A stretch of 64,000 nucleotides of DNA from positions 4,712,001 through 4,776,000 of the forward strand of contig OZ024750.1 in NCBI GenBank assembly GCA_964016885.1. The letters are read 5' to 3'. The notes beneath the pieces are model-generated. The model did no database searches and was not told the DNA's origin. It saw nothing but the letters and a program-made list of their open reading frames with translations. Source of the DNA: Eledone cirrhosa (lineage: Eukaryota). Below, piece by piece: positions 14,225 to 27,214 of this stretch (the stretch's first letter is position 1; the number at the start of each line of letters is the position of its first letter). The translations under genes and the position numbers were made by a program.

Positions 14225-14503
14225 AGTCTTTTAGTGGTAATAAATAAAAAAAAAGGCACGGTCGTTATTTTTTTATTTATTCAATATATTTTATTTATTT
14301 TTATTTTGCAAATCTGAAATTATTGATCATGTTACTAAACCGAAATCAGGGATTCTAGTCGTTCAGAGCTCGAAGCCCAGTTTTGAAACCCAGATATTTC
14401 AGCACTCTCGCAATATAGCAGCCCTAATCCCTCTTAAAGAAAATCTTAACTATCACACATTTTCCTCCCCGCTTAATAAATCTGAGCGAAAGCTTGTGAC
14501 CCT

Positions 14504-14554
<51 letters not shown>

Positions 14555-14598
14555 CGGTGTTGGTGGTAGTAGTGCCGATGGTAGCGGTGTTGGTATTT

Positions 14599-14641
<43 letters not shown>

Positions 14642-14672
14642 AGTTGTATACATATTGAATAGATAGTCAGCC

Positions 14673-14746
<74 letters not shown>

Positions 14747-14859
14747 CCGGTTGAGACGTCTCCTAATATATTACTGGTATGAGATAGTTAATATATTTTT
14801 TAAAAAGAACGAAGGAGAGTTGAATTGTAGGGAAAAGGAAAACTAAAGTGATTTTGTCA

Positions 14860-17041
14860 CCCATCACCTACACCACCACCACCTACACCCATCGCTATCT
14901 GCACCCACCACCACCACCACTACCACCACCACCACTACCACCACCACCACCATCTGGAGTTCTTCAGAAATGTGAGGCAACTACAATAAAGAGAGTGTGT
15001 TATGTAGGGTCCATTACTACTACCACCACTGTCATTATCACAAAAACTACCACAGTTGCCATTCCCACCACTACTACCTCCACAACCACCACTACTACCT
15101 CCACAACCACCACTACTACCTCCACTACCACTAACACTACAATCAACAACAAAACATTACCACCACTACTACCACCAATACTACCACCAATACTAACATA
15201 TTACCAACACCACAACCGCCACCTGTTGCGATATGGAAATAATTTCTTATAGTTGCATAAGGATCATTATCAGAGTGGTGTTGGTGTGGTGGTGGTGTGG
15301 TGGTGGTGTGGTGGTGGTGTGGTGGTGGTGTGGTGTTGGTGTGGTGGTGGTGTGGTGGTCATAGTATAGTGTGGTGGTGATGGTGTTGGTGTGGTGATGG
15401 TGGTGGTGTGGTGGTAGTGTGGTGATGGTGGTGTGGTGATGGTGGTGGTGTGGTGGTGGAGTGGTGGTGGTGTGGTGGTCATAGTATAGTGTGGTGGTGA
15501 TGGTGGTGGTGTGGTGGTAGTGTGGTGATGGTGGTGTGGTGATGGTGTTGGTGTGGTGGTGGTGTGGTGGTGGTGTGGTGGTGGTGTGGTGGTGGTGTGG
15601 TGTTGGTGTGGTGGTGGTGTGGTGGTCATAGTATAGTGTGGTGGTGATGGTGTTGGTGTGGTGATGGTGGTGGTGTGGTGGTAGTGTGGTGATGGTGGTG
15701 TGGTGATGGTGGTGGTGTGGTGGTGGAGTGGTGGTGGTGTGGTGGTGGAGTGGTGGTGGTGTGGTGGTCATAGTATAGTGTGGTGGTGATGGTGGTGGTG
15801 TGGTGGTAGTGTGGTGATGGTGGTGTGGTGATGGTGGTGGTGTGGTGGTGGTGTGGTGGTGGTGTGGTGGTGGTGTGGTGGTCATAGTATAGTGTGGTGG
15901 TGATGGTGTTGGTGTGGTGATGGTGGTGGTGTGGTGGTAGTGTTATAGTGGTGGTGTGGTGATGGTGGTGGTGTGGTGGTGGTGGTGGTGGTCATAGTAG
16001 TAGTGTGGTGTTGGTGTGGTGATGGTGGTGGTGTGGTGGTAGTGTGATAGTGGTGGTGTGGTGATGGTGGTGGTGTGGTGGTAGTGTGATAGTGGTGGTG
16101 TGGTGATGGTGGTGGTGGTGATGGTAGCATGGTGGTGGTGGTGTGGTGGTGGTGGTTGTGGTCATAGTAGTAGTGTGATGGTGATGGTGGTGGTGGTGGT
16201 GGTGGTCATAGTAGTAGTGTGATGGTGATGGTCGCATGGTGGTGGTGGTGGTGGTCATAGTAGTAGTGTGGTGGTGATGGTAGTATGGTGGTGGTGGTGG
16301 TCATAGTAGTAGTGTGGTGGTGGTGTAGTGATGGTGGTGGTGCTGGTCATAGTAGTAGTGGTGTGGTGATGGTAGCATGGTGGTGGTGGTCATAGTAGTA
16401 GTGGTGTGGTGATGGTGTAATGATGGTGGTGGTGGTCATAGTAGTAGTGGTGTGGTGATGGTAGCATGGTGGTGGTGGTCATAGTAGTAGTGGTGTGGTG
16501 ATGGTGTAATGATGGTGGTGGTGGTCATAGTAGTAGTGGTGTGGTGATGGTAGCATGGTGGTGGTGGTCATAGTAGTAGTGGTGTGGTGATGGTAGCATG
16601 GTGGTGGTGGTCATAGTAGTAGTGGTGTGGTGATGGTAGGAGTAGCATGGTGGTGGTGGTGGTCATAGTAGTAGTGGTGTGGTGGTGGTCATAGTAGTAG
16701 TGGTGGTGGTCATAGTAGTAGTGCGGTGGTGGTAATTGGTAATAATGGAAGTATTGGTAAAAGTAATATTTGTAGTTGTAGAAGTAGTTGTGGTAGTAAT
16801 TGGAGTAGTTAGTAGTAGTTTGTTGGTGGTGGTGGTGGTGGTGGTGGTGGTGGTGGTGGTGGTGATGTTGGTATTTAGTTGTAGTTTGTTGTTGTTGTTT
16901 TGTGGTGGTGGTGGTGGTGGTGGTGGTGGTGGTGGTGGTAGTTGCTGGCTTTGGTGATAGTATTGAAGATAGTACTGGTAGTTGTTGTTGTTATAGTAGT
17001 TGAGTGTTGTAGTGGTAGTAACAGTAGTAGTAGTACTAGTT

Positions 17042-17093
<52 letters not shown>

Positions 17094-17311
17094 CAGTAGT
17101 AGTAGTAGTAGTAGTTCTCCAATCAATCCATACTATTAGCATTAGTAACAATAGTATTATTATTAATAGCAGTAGTAGTATTAGTAGCAGCAGTAGTAGT
17201 AGCAACAGCATCAGTAGTAGTAGTAGTAGTACTAGTAGTAGTTGCAGCAGTAGTAGTAGTAGTAGTAGTAGCAGCAGTAGTAGTAGTACTAGTAGTAGTT
17301 GCAGCAGCAGC

Positions 17312-17356
<45 letters not shown>

Positions 17357-17371
17357 TGCAGTAGTAGTAGT

Positions 17372-17403
<32 letters not shown>

Positions 17404-17415
17404 CAGCAGCAGTAG
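14860..17415. repeat. Compound (CCA)/(GGT)/(TAG) microsatellite and minisatellite block
   Basis: Trinucleotide runs with recurring ggtcatagtatagtg / ggtcatagtagtagtg anchors. Confidence 0.9.
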
Positions 17416-17873
17416 TAATTCTCTAGGCAATCCATACATGTAGTAAATCCCTACACTATATGCAAAAGGTCTTCATTTTTTTTTTTTTTTTGGTTGCGAA
17501 GGGAAGGGGGTTGGTTGTGGTGGAGCTGATGACGGTGTTGACGACGGTGGGGAAGAATGTGATCGACCTTAATGTATTCAGATGATGAGGAAGGGTGTGG
17601 GATTGGTAGGGAGGGTGCTAAGAGGGATGATATTTAATGGGGTGAGGGTAGGGGAGACAAAAAGAGAGGAGGGGGTTGGTGTAGATAGAAGTCCCCTTTT
17701 TTCTGCACATTTCATACTTAAATATCACATAATTCTCTATTGTCATATCACATTTATATTGAGGCAAGTTATGGTGGATATTTTGATATTTATTTAGGGG
17801 TTTTTTTTTCTTATAATTTTCCCCCTTTTTTTTATCAGGGACATAAGTTCCATTAATGGCATTTATTTTCTCT

Positions 17874-17938
<65 letters not shown>

Positions 17939-18029
17939 GATATTAATAAATGGAAACTATATTTATAAAACCATATTTATATATATATATATATATATAT
18001 ATCTTTCTATGTTCATATGTGTATACAGA

Positions 18030-18131
<102 letters not shown>

Positions 18132-18138
18132 CATTACT

Positions 18139-18187
<49 letters not shown>

Positions 18188-18321
18188 CATTACTCAATCT
18201 ATATCTATTTATGTACATGTGTGTGTGTATATATACACATGTATGTTAATGGCCGTATATCTGTATGTGTGTGTGTGTGTGTGTGTGTGTCTATAAATAT
18301 GGCTCTATCTATGATATATAA

Positions 18322-18453
<132 letters not shown>

Positions 18454-18501
18454 TTTATATATATATATATATATAAATATCATAAATCATGTCCTTAGAA
18501 T

Positions 18502-18545
<44 letters not shown>

Positions 18546-18721
18546 AGTGTGAGTGTGTGTGTGAGTGTGTGTTGGATCCTCATTGGTTCCAACAAGTGTT
18601 CTAATTGTTTGATCAATGGTACAGCCTGTTTGTGAAATTATTATGCAAGTGGCTGAGCAGCCAATAGACCTGTGTTCTGTTAATGTAATTCACAGGGAGA
18701 TTCAGCATGATAATGTTTAAG

Positions 18722-18905
18722 AAGGCTTCTTCTTTTCTTTGCCCACTTATTCCTGAGAGGGTCGTGGCGGGCAGTCCACAAACACTCCTTCCAGCAAGCC
18801 CTGTCAGAAGCAACAATCTCCAACTGATCCAGCTGGATCCCCAAGTGTGACCAGTCAAGCTCATGGATGTTATCCAACCATCTTGCTCAGGGTCTACCCC
18901 TGGGT
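18722..18905 (-). mobile_element. RTE-like LINE 3' remnant (WLDNIHELDWSHLGIQLDQLEIVASDRACWKEC)
   Basis: GRP...W motif typical of the RTE ORF C-terminus; same family as 52650-52886. Confidence 0.7.
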
Positions 18906-19934
18906 ATCTTACCTGTTCTTTTAAGAAAGCTGGTCCTTCAAATTTTTGGTAAAACTCATTTTGTCTGGTTTTCACTTTTGAGGTGAATATTACACTGGTT
19001 TCACTTTTGATGTGAACTTTATTTTAAATGAATATGACCTTCAAAATGGTTGGAAATTGCTAAAGAAACTCATTACGTAATGGAGTTGTGAAACAAAAAT
19101 ATCCTCTAAACGACACTTAAAAAACAGTTTAAATATCAAAATATTAAAACTTCAGAAAATATATTCTCTATTCATGAGAATTTTCAAACCACACCATCTA
19201 AACATGTGTTGATTATCTGCTTGGCTTATAAACGGGGTTTGGATTTGAGAATTTTTTGTCCATTTCTCAGACATAAAATAGAGCGAGGTCTGCTTATATT
19301 CTGATCAACTTATATTCAAATATATACAGTAAGTCTTTGCTAAGTTTACTTTGGGGCTGGTTAAGTCTAGGTTTTGTCTTCACGATTGTCATTTTTTCCT
19401 GCCCACACCACTCTTTCTCTGTAAAGTTATGTTGGTACCACAGAACATCCAGTCTACACTGTAAAGTGGTTGTGAAGGAGACACGGTAAAAAGGCTCCCA
19501 GTCCACACTGTAAATGTGGTTGGCATTAGGAAGGGCATCTAGCCATAGAAAACCAGCCAGATACAGTCCTATATGAGCGAGACACGGTCACCCGACCAAT
19601 CTTACCTCAAGTGGGACAAACCCGTCTAACCCATGCTAGCATGGAAGATGGATGTTATACGATGATGATGATGAACTATGTTATAAGCATACAAGATCTC
19701 TCACAGATTATAATTTGAATCAGTTCTTATTTGGAATGATGCTAATGGCTTTAGGTGCCTAAGTAGTTACAAGATGGCTGTAAGTACCCACATAGTCAGA
19801 AGCAGACTCTGAAATCTTCTCTTAACCCAATGAAACATCCAAAGTGTCTGTCTACCCAATGTTACTTGGATCAACCTGAAGGTATGATAAAGATGTCATA
19901 CAGAGAAATTGGGAGCATTTATAGGGGCAACAAA

Positions 19935-20470
19935 ACTACCACTTTACAGAGTGTACTGGGTGCATTTATCATGGTTCCAACACTAATACTTTACAGAGGG
20001 TACTGGGTGCATTTATCATGGTACCAGTACTGCCACTTTACAGAGTGTACTGGGTGCATTTATCATGGTTCCAACACTAATACTTTACAGAGGGTACTGA
20101 GTGCATTTATCATGGTACCAGTACTGCCACTTTACAGAGTGTACTGGGTGCATTTTATCATAGCACCAGCACTGCCACTTTACAGAGTGTACTGGGTGCA
20201 TGTTATCATAACACCAGGACTGCCGCATTACAATGTACACTAGGTGCATGTGTCATGGGACAAGTACTGTCGCATTACGGAATGTACTGGATGCATTTAT
20301 CATGGCATCATCATTACCATTTTACAGAGTGTACTGGGTGCATTTATTGTTGTACCAGCATTGCTACTTTACAGAGTGTACCAAGTTCATTTTATTGTGA
20401 CATCAGCATAACTTTTTGAGAGAGTGTACTGGGTGTATGTTATTGTGACATCAGCACTTCCACTTTCTAG
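19935..20470. repeat. ~47-bp minisatellite (actttacagagtgtactgggtgcatttatcatggtaccagtactgcc)
   Basis: About 11 imperfect copies; related arrays at 49725-50025 and 53545-53690. Confidence 0.85.
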
Positions 20471-21519
20471 GGTGTTGGGGGTGGTAGTTCTATTCACAGC
20501 AGAGTTAAAGGGGCCCTTTTAACCCCTGTCTTGGTTCCATTTGATGTGTGTCTATATATGTTGTAGTATGTGTATGAGTAAACACATAAATATACATTTG
20601 TATACACACACACATACATATATGGATATAGACATACACCAAAATACATATACATACGCATACACATCAAAATGCATGTGTATACATACACACATACATC
20701 ATTATATACATGTATACACTCATATATATATACACACACACATACAGATACATGTATACATACATCAATATATACATGTATACACATACATATACAGATA
20801 CATGTATACATACATATACACACACACATCAATATATACATGTATACACACACATATATATATATACACACACACACACATACAGATACATGTATACACA
20901 CATATACAGATACATGTATACATACATACACACACACACACATCAATATATACATGTATACATGTATACACACATATATATACATGTATACATGTATACA
21001 CACATATATATACACACACATACATACAGATACATGTATACACACATATACAGATACATATATACATACATATATACACACACACACATCAATATATACA
21101 TGTATACATGTATACACACATATATATATATATACACACACATACATACAGATACATGTATACACACATATACAGATACATGTATACATACATATATACA
21201 CACACGTCTACATAGATAGAGACACATAGCTTCAATCTATAAAACAAAACACCATAAAAAGCTGCCGCTATTGTGTGAATGATTGACATAAAAATATCTC
21301 ACACTGGAGTATAATTGTGCTATTGACTTCAGTAATTCATTTACTGCACCTTCAGATGTGCATATCTGCAAGTAGAGACTGCAGCTAGCATCAGCAGTGG
21401 GTGAACAACCTGCAATAAAGGAGAGAGACAGAGAGAGAAAGAGAGAGAGGAATTGTGACTATAGATACTGCAGCTATGCTCTAAGACATTATATATCTTC
21501 ACATATGTTGTTCTCTGTC

Positions 21520-22610
21520 TTCACATAACCTCTCTATATCTTCACATAACCCCTTACTATATTTTCACATAACCATTCTCTATATCTTCACATAACCCCT
21601 TACTATATTTTCACATAACCATTCTCTATATCTTCACATATAACCCTCTATATCTTCACATAACCCCTTACTATATTTTCACATAACCATTCTCTATATC
21701 TTCACATATAACCCTCTATATCTTCACATAACCCCTTACTATATTTTCACATAACCATTCTCTATATCTTCACATATAACCCTCTATATCTTCACATAAC
21801 CCCTTACTATATTTTCACATAACCATTCTCTATATCTTCACATATAACCCTCTATATCTTCACATAACCCCTTACTATATTTTCACATAACCATTCTCTA
21901 TATCTTCACATATAACCCTCTATATCTTCACATAACCCCTTACTATATTTTCACATAACCATTCTCTATATCTTCACATATAACCCTCTATATCTTCACA
22001 TAACCCCTTACTATATTTTCACATAACCATTCTCTATATCTTCACATATAACCCTCTATATCTTCACATAACCCCTTACTATATTTTCACATAACCATTC
22101 TCTATATCTTCACATATAACCCTCTATATCTTCACATATACCCCTCTTTAACTTCATATAGAACCTTCTGTATATCTTCACATAGAACCCTCTCTATATC
22201 TTTACGTATACATCTCCATATCTTCACATAGGACCCTCTCCATATCTTCACATAGGACCCTCTCCATATCTTCACATAGGACCCTCTCTATATCTTTACA
22301 TAGAAACCTCTCTATATCTTTACATAGGACCCTCTCTATATCTTCACATAGGACCCTCTCTATATCTTTACATAGAAACCTCTATATATCTTCACATAGG
22401 ACCCTCTCCATATCTTCACATAGGACTCTCTCTATATCTTCACATAGGACCCTCTCTATATCTTTACATAGGACCCTCTCTATATCTTCACATAGGACCC
22501 TCTCTATATCTTTACATAGAAACCTCTATATATCTTCACATATAATCTTCTATATCTTCACATAATGCTTTACTATATTTTCACATAACCCCTCTCTATA
22601 TCTTCATATA
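21520..22610. repeat. Minisatellite with a 68-bp higher-order unit grading into ~24-bp monomers
   Basis: Near-identical 68-bp period (23+23+22) from about 21590 to 22135, then atatcttcacataggaccctctct monomers. Confidence 0.9.
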
Positions 22611-23227
22611 AACACCCCCAGTACAGGCTGTAAAGTGGATGGTGTCATGAAGGACATCCATTCACAGAAAGCTTGTCACACGAAATTGGTTGAGAGGACC
22701 CTTCAGTTGTGTCAAGGATGTGACAACCTCTCTAGTGCTGGTGTCATTTGGTAGAACATGAAACCATATGTGAGTGAGATGTGAACCCCCCAGTGTCTGG
22801 GTGGACGGTGGCAATGACAGTAATAACTGCAGCGATGACGGTGATGGAGTCAATGATGGTGGTGGTGGTGGTGGGGGGGGGGGGGGGGGGGGGGGGTGAT
22901 GATGGTGGGGGGGGGGGGGTGGTAGTGGTGATAGGGGTGGCGGGGTGGGGGTGGTGGTCATGATGGCGTTGGTGGTGGTGACCATGGTGGTGATGGTGAT
23001 AGAGGTGACAGCGGTGGTGATGGTGATGGTGATGGTGATGACAGTAATGACAATAATAATGACCGTGATAATTCTAATAATGATTTACTTTCCAAGCCAT
23101 TATTTCATTATTCCAATACTTCCATATGATTAATTATTTAATTAAGGTTCTTCTCATTGGAGTCTAGTCCTTCCTGCTGGCACAGTGTGGAGGAAGGGAT
23201 CAACAGACTTTCTGTTGCCGTAGTTTG

Positions 23228-23795
23228 TGGGTGGTGTTGGTGGTGGTGGTGTTCGTGGTGGTGGCTATGGTGGTGGTGGTGTTGGTGGCTGTGGTGGTGG
23301 TGGTGTTGGTGGCTGTGGTGGTGGTGATGGTGGTGGTGGTGGCTGTGGTGGTGGTGGTGTTGGTGGCTGTGGTGGTGGTGATGGTGGTGGTGGTGGCTGT
23401 GGTGGTGGTGATGGTGGTGGTGGTGGCTATGGTGGTGGTGGTGTTGGTGGCTGTGGTGGTGGTGGTGTTGGTGGCTGTGGTGGTGGTGATGGTGGTGTTG
23501 GTGGCTGTGGTGGTGGTGATGGTGGTGGTGGTGGCTGTGGTGGTGGTGATGGTGGTGGTGGTGGCTGTGGTGGTGGTGGTGTTGGTGGCTGTGGTGGTGG
23601 TGGTGTTGGTGGCTGTGGTGGTGGTGATGGTGGTGGTGGTGGCTATGGTGGTGGTGGTGTTGGTGGCTGTGGTGGTGGTGGTGTTGGTGGCTGTGGTGGT
23701 GGTGGTGGTGGTGTTGGTGGCTGTGGTGGTGGTGGTGTTGGTGGCTGTGGTGGTGGTGGTGTTGGTGGCTGTGGTGGTGGTGGTGGTGGTGGTCA
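23228..23795. repeat. (GGT)n-based minisatellite (~21-bp unit ggtggtggtgttggtggctgt)
   Basis: Direct inspection. Confidence 0.9.
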
Positions 23796-23954
23796 TCTTG
23801 GGGGGTAAATTACTATAATTTCCCGGCACCAGAGGGGCCAACAATTGGTCTTCTCTATTTTACCAATATTTGGAATCTATTATCTGCAATAATGGATAAT
23901 CATAGAATATTTCCTGGCAGATATTATTAGCAAACTCACAACCATTATTAAAAC

Positions 23955-24027
<73 letters not shown>

Positions 24028-24214
24028 TTCACACTACACCCTCCCCTCCAAATAAAGGGCCAGGCCCTAGTCTGTCAGTTACTTAACACCACAGAAACTG
24101 GGATTAACCCCAACCTGATGCGCCCCAGGGCTCGAGACAGACTTTAGAGAATACAATAAAAGCAAGAGGACCAAAACTTCGAAGTCACTGACAGATTTTC
24201 CTCAAATAATAGTA

Positions 24215-24430
24215 TCTGATTTAGGCACAAGGCCAACAATTTTGAGGGGGGGGGGGGATTTGATTAAATCAACCCCAGTTCATTACTGGTACTTTATTTT
24301 AGTGACCCCGTAAGGATGAAAGAAAGACAAAGCTAACCTCAGCAGGATTTGAACTCAGAACATAAAGGAACATAACTATATATCAGAAAACATGTTGTCA
24401 GATGCTCTACCAATTATTGCCAATCCACCG
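24215..24430 (-). mobile_element. Group 1 tRNA-SINE, long variant
   Basis: Same core and B box as other group 1 copies. Confidence 0.8.
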
Positions 24431-24789
24431 TCCTAGATTTTCTTCAAATAATATAACATTAGTACAATAAAATAAGGACTAAAACCAATGGGAATTCTAC
24501 CATTTTGTTTGTTGTTGTAGTTGTAGTTATGTTTTGTCCCCACCACCACCACCATCATATTTTATCATGTCCTATAACTATTAAATTTAATGAATTATTA
24601 ATAAATATCATACGGTCGATCTGTTATAGGGCTGTTATTCTCAGTAGCTATGATGCTCCTAATTATAGATTTTAGTAACGCGTGGGTGAGTGGGTGGTTG
24701 TGTATCCCCACCCTCTCTCTCGCTCTCTCTATATATATATATATCATGATTATCACATATATATATATATATATATATATATCATGATT

Positions 24790-24846
<57 letters not shown>

Positions 24847-24881
24847 TGATTATCATATATATATATGTATGTATACATATA

Positions 24882-25063
24882 TAATTGTTTCTACTTTAGG
24901 CACAAGGCCAGCAATTACCCAGTGCATTACTGGTACTTTATTTTATCGACCCCTGTAAGGATGAAAGGCAAAGTCAACCTCGGCGGGATTTGAACTCAGA
25001 ATGGAAAGGGCCGTAACTCTATGCGTCAAAGCATGACGTCTGACCCTCTACCGATACTGCCAA
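24882..25063 (-). mobile_element. Group 1 tRNA-SINE, near full length
   Basis: A box (tggcagtatcggtag) and B box (gagttcaaatccc) on the minus strand, plus core and tail. Confidence 0.9.
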
Positions 25064-25071
25064 TAATGATT

Positions 25072-25107
<36 letters not shown>

Positions 25108-25275
25108 GACCATCATATATATCATCATCACCGTTTAACATCCATCTTCCACGCTAGCATGGGTTAGACGGGTTTGTCCCATTTAGAGGCAAGTTGGGTC
25201 GGGTGACCGTGTGTCTCACTCATATAGGACTATTTCTAGCTGGCTTTTTTACAGCTAGATGCTCTTCCTAGCGCC

Positions 25276-25353
<78 letters not shown>

Positions 25354-25806
25354 TGCACAGGCTACAGGCACAATGCATTTCATATATGATTTATGTTGCT
25401 ACAAGAAGTTCACTTTTCAATCACAAGGTCCTGGGTTCTAACCCTACATTTGTCCCTGTAAATAGTTATTTCTCCAAAGTTACTCCTACATTTAATCTTC
25501 TCTGTCATTTCTACATACATGCTAAACATTTATGTAATTATATCCTAGAAATATATTATCAAAATATCATTTTTATCTTTAATCACTTCCATTTGTCGAT
25601 AATCAATACAAACTAATACGTTTCTTTTATGCAAACCATAAAATTATCTGAATGTAAATTTCCTAGTTTGTGTGATTGTTGATATATCCAGTAATCCTGG
25701 TATATATGGTACACCACTCCTGGATTCCAAAAATTAAATATATTCAATGCTATTGCTATCATTATTGATGGAACTGGTCCACTAGTATATATATATATAT
25801 ATATAT

Positions 25807-26100
25807 CATCATCATCATCATCATTTTACGTCAGTTTTTCCCTGCTTGCAATGGTGGGACGGGAACTGATTTTGGCTTGATTTCTACAGCTGGATGCCCT
25901 TCCTAACACCAACCTCATTTACAGTGGGTGATGGGTGCTTTTTTGCCGTGGCACCTCTACGACCACTTTGCAGTGGAACGATAGGAAACCCAGTCCCTAT
26001 CATCTCATTTCTACAGCTGAGTAAACTAGAGCAATGTGAAATAAAGTGTTTGCTCAGAGAAACAACACATCGCCCGGTCTGAGAATTGAACTCACAACCT
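25807..26100 (-). mobile_element. Group 2 tRNA-SINE with RTE-type 3' end and (GAT)n tail
   Basis: B box, then gagcaaacactttatttcacattgctc core, then a tail matching the RTE end at 27448-27503. Confidence 0.8.
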
Positions 26101-26587
26101 TTTAATAATATTATTGATATTATACTCCAGAAAAGCCGTTGAGGGCTTCTAATCTGTTATAAATTCAATTTGTTGAATAATCAACAAATTAAATAACTCA
26201 TTGCTTATATATATATATAAATAAAATAACAGGAGGCTGGACTGGTGTAAATCCTTGAAAGGTTTATTATACTATGATCATCTCAATGACCGGGTTCCAT
26301 ATGAATCCGGTGATATCATCAGGTATTCGAAATATAACAAAGGAATATGTAAAAAACCATGAGTCCGAAAAATCGGAGACAGAGAGGACGACTGACCAAC
26401 TAGCTGCTTTCACCTCAGCCAGTCGCCCTCAAAGTGATGGCTATTCGGTCTACTAATGACCATCTGGTGAGGGGGCGAAGTGTGTAAATCCTTGAAAGGT
26501 TTATTATACTATGATCATTTCATATATATATATATAGAATAAGAAAATACAAAGTAGTTTCAGATGTTAAAGTACGTTATTGATTAG

Positions 26588-26662
26588 GCTGTGATATATA
26601 TTTCAATGACGACAGTGGCCACACAATTCCGTGTATCCAGTGCCATGACCTCATCAGACAGC
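26588..26662 (-). ncRNA. Type I hammerhead ribozyme motif (Penelope-like minimal stem III)
   Basis: Minus strand: gcugu-CUGAUGA-(long stem II)-GAAA-uauaua-UC-acagc. Stem I is 5/5 paired, the triplet is AUC, and stem III is palindromic. Confidence 0.7.
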
Positions 26663-26861
26663 TTCTTACATAATAAGGTTACATTCCCGAGGCAATCCAA
26701 ATTGGAATGACAAGCGAACGGGCAAAGAGAGTCTTCTTGGATCCTTCGCCCGCACCTCTCTTGATAAATAAAATATATATTTATGTATACATATTTATCG
26801 AGAGAGAGGAGCAGCCCGTTCAGAGCTTAAACGTATTTATATATATATTATTATTATTATT

Positions 26862-27048
26862 GGATTAGCAGTATCGGTTGAGGGTCGGGCGCCATGCTTT
26901 GGTGCATAGAGTTACGGCCCTTGCCATTCTGAGTTCAAATCCCGCTGAGGTTAACTTTGCCTTTCATCCTTACGGGGTCGATAAAATAAAGTACCAGTAA
27001 TGAACTGGGTAATTGCTGGCCTTGTGCCAAAATTAGAAACAATTATTA
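26862..27048 (+). mobile_element. Group 1 tRNA-SINE, near full length
   Basis: A and B boxes, gcctttcatccttacggggtcgataaaataaagtaccag core, tail. Confidence 0.9.
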
Positions 27049-27168
27049 TATATATCAGAATGGAAGCAGTAAAAGCCAGTTAGACCATTACTAACCAGAG
27101 TACTCAATACTTGGTGTAATAGAGTGGGATATAGCTGTTGAAACGGCTGGAGCTCAGGTCCCACATTC

Positions 27169-27207
<39 letters not shown>

Positions 27208-27214
<7 letters not shown>

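Noticed and set aside
14848-17443. Poly-Pro/His/Leu/Ser ORFs
   Set aside because: Trinucleotide repeat artefacts.
23200-23844. Gly/Cys-rich and Thr-rich ORFs
   Set aside because: GGT-based minisatellite; stop-free frames are expected from composition.
23814-23858. Minus-strand peptide IVGPSGAGKL resembling a Walker A motif
   Set aside because: Bounded by stops within about 14 codons, lacks the following S/T, and has no convincing splice sites.
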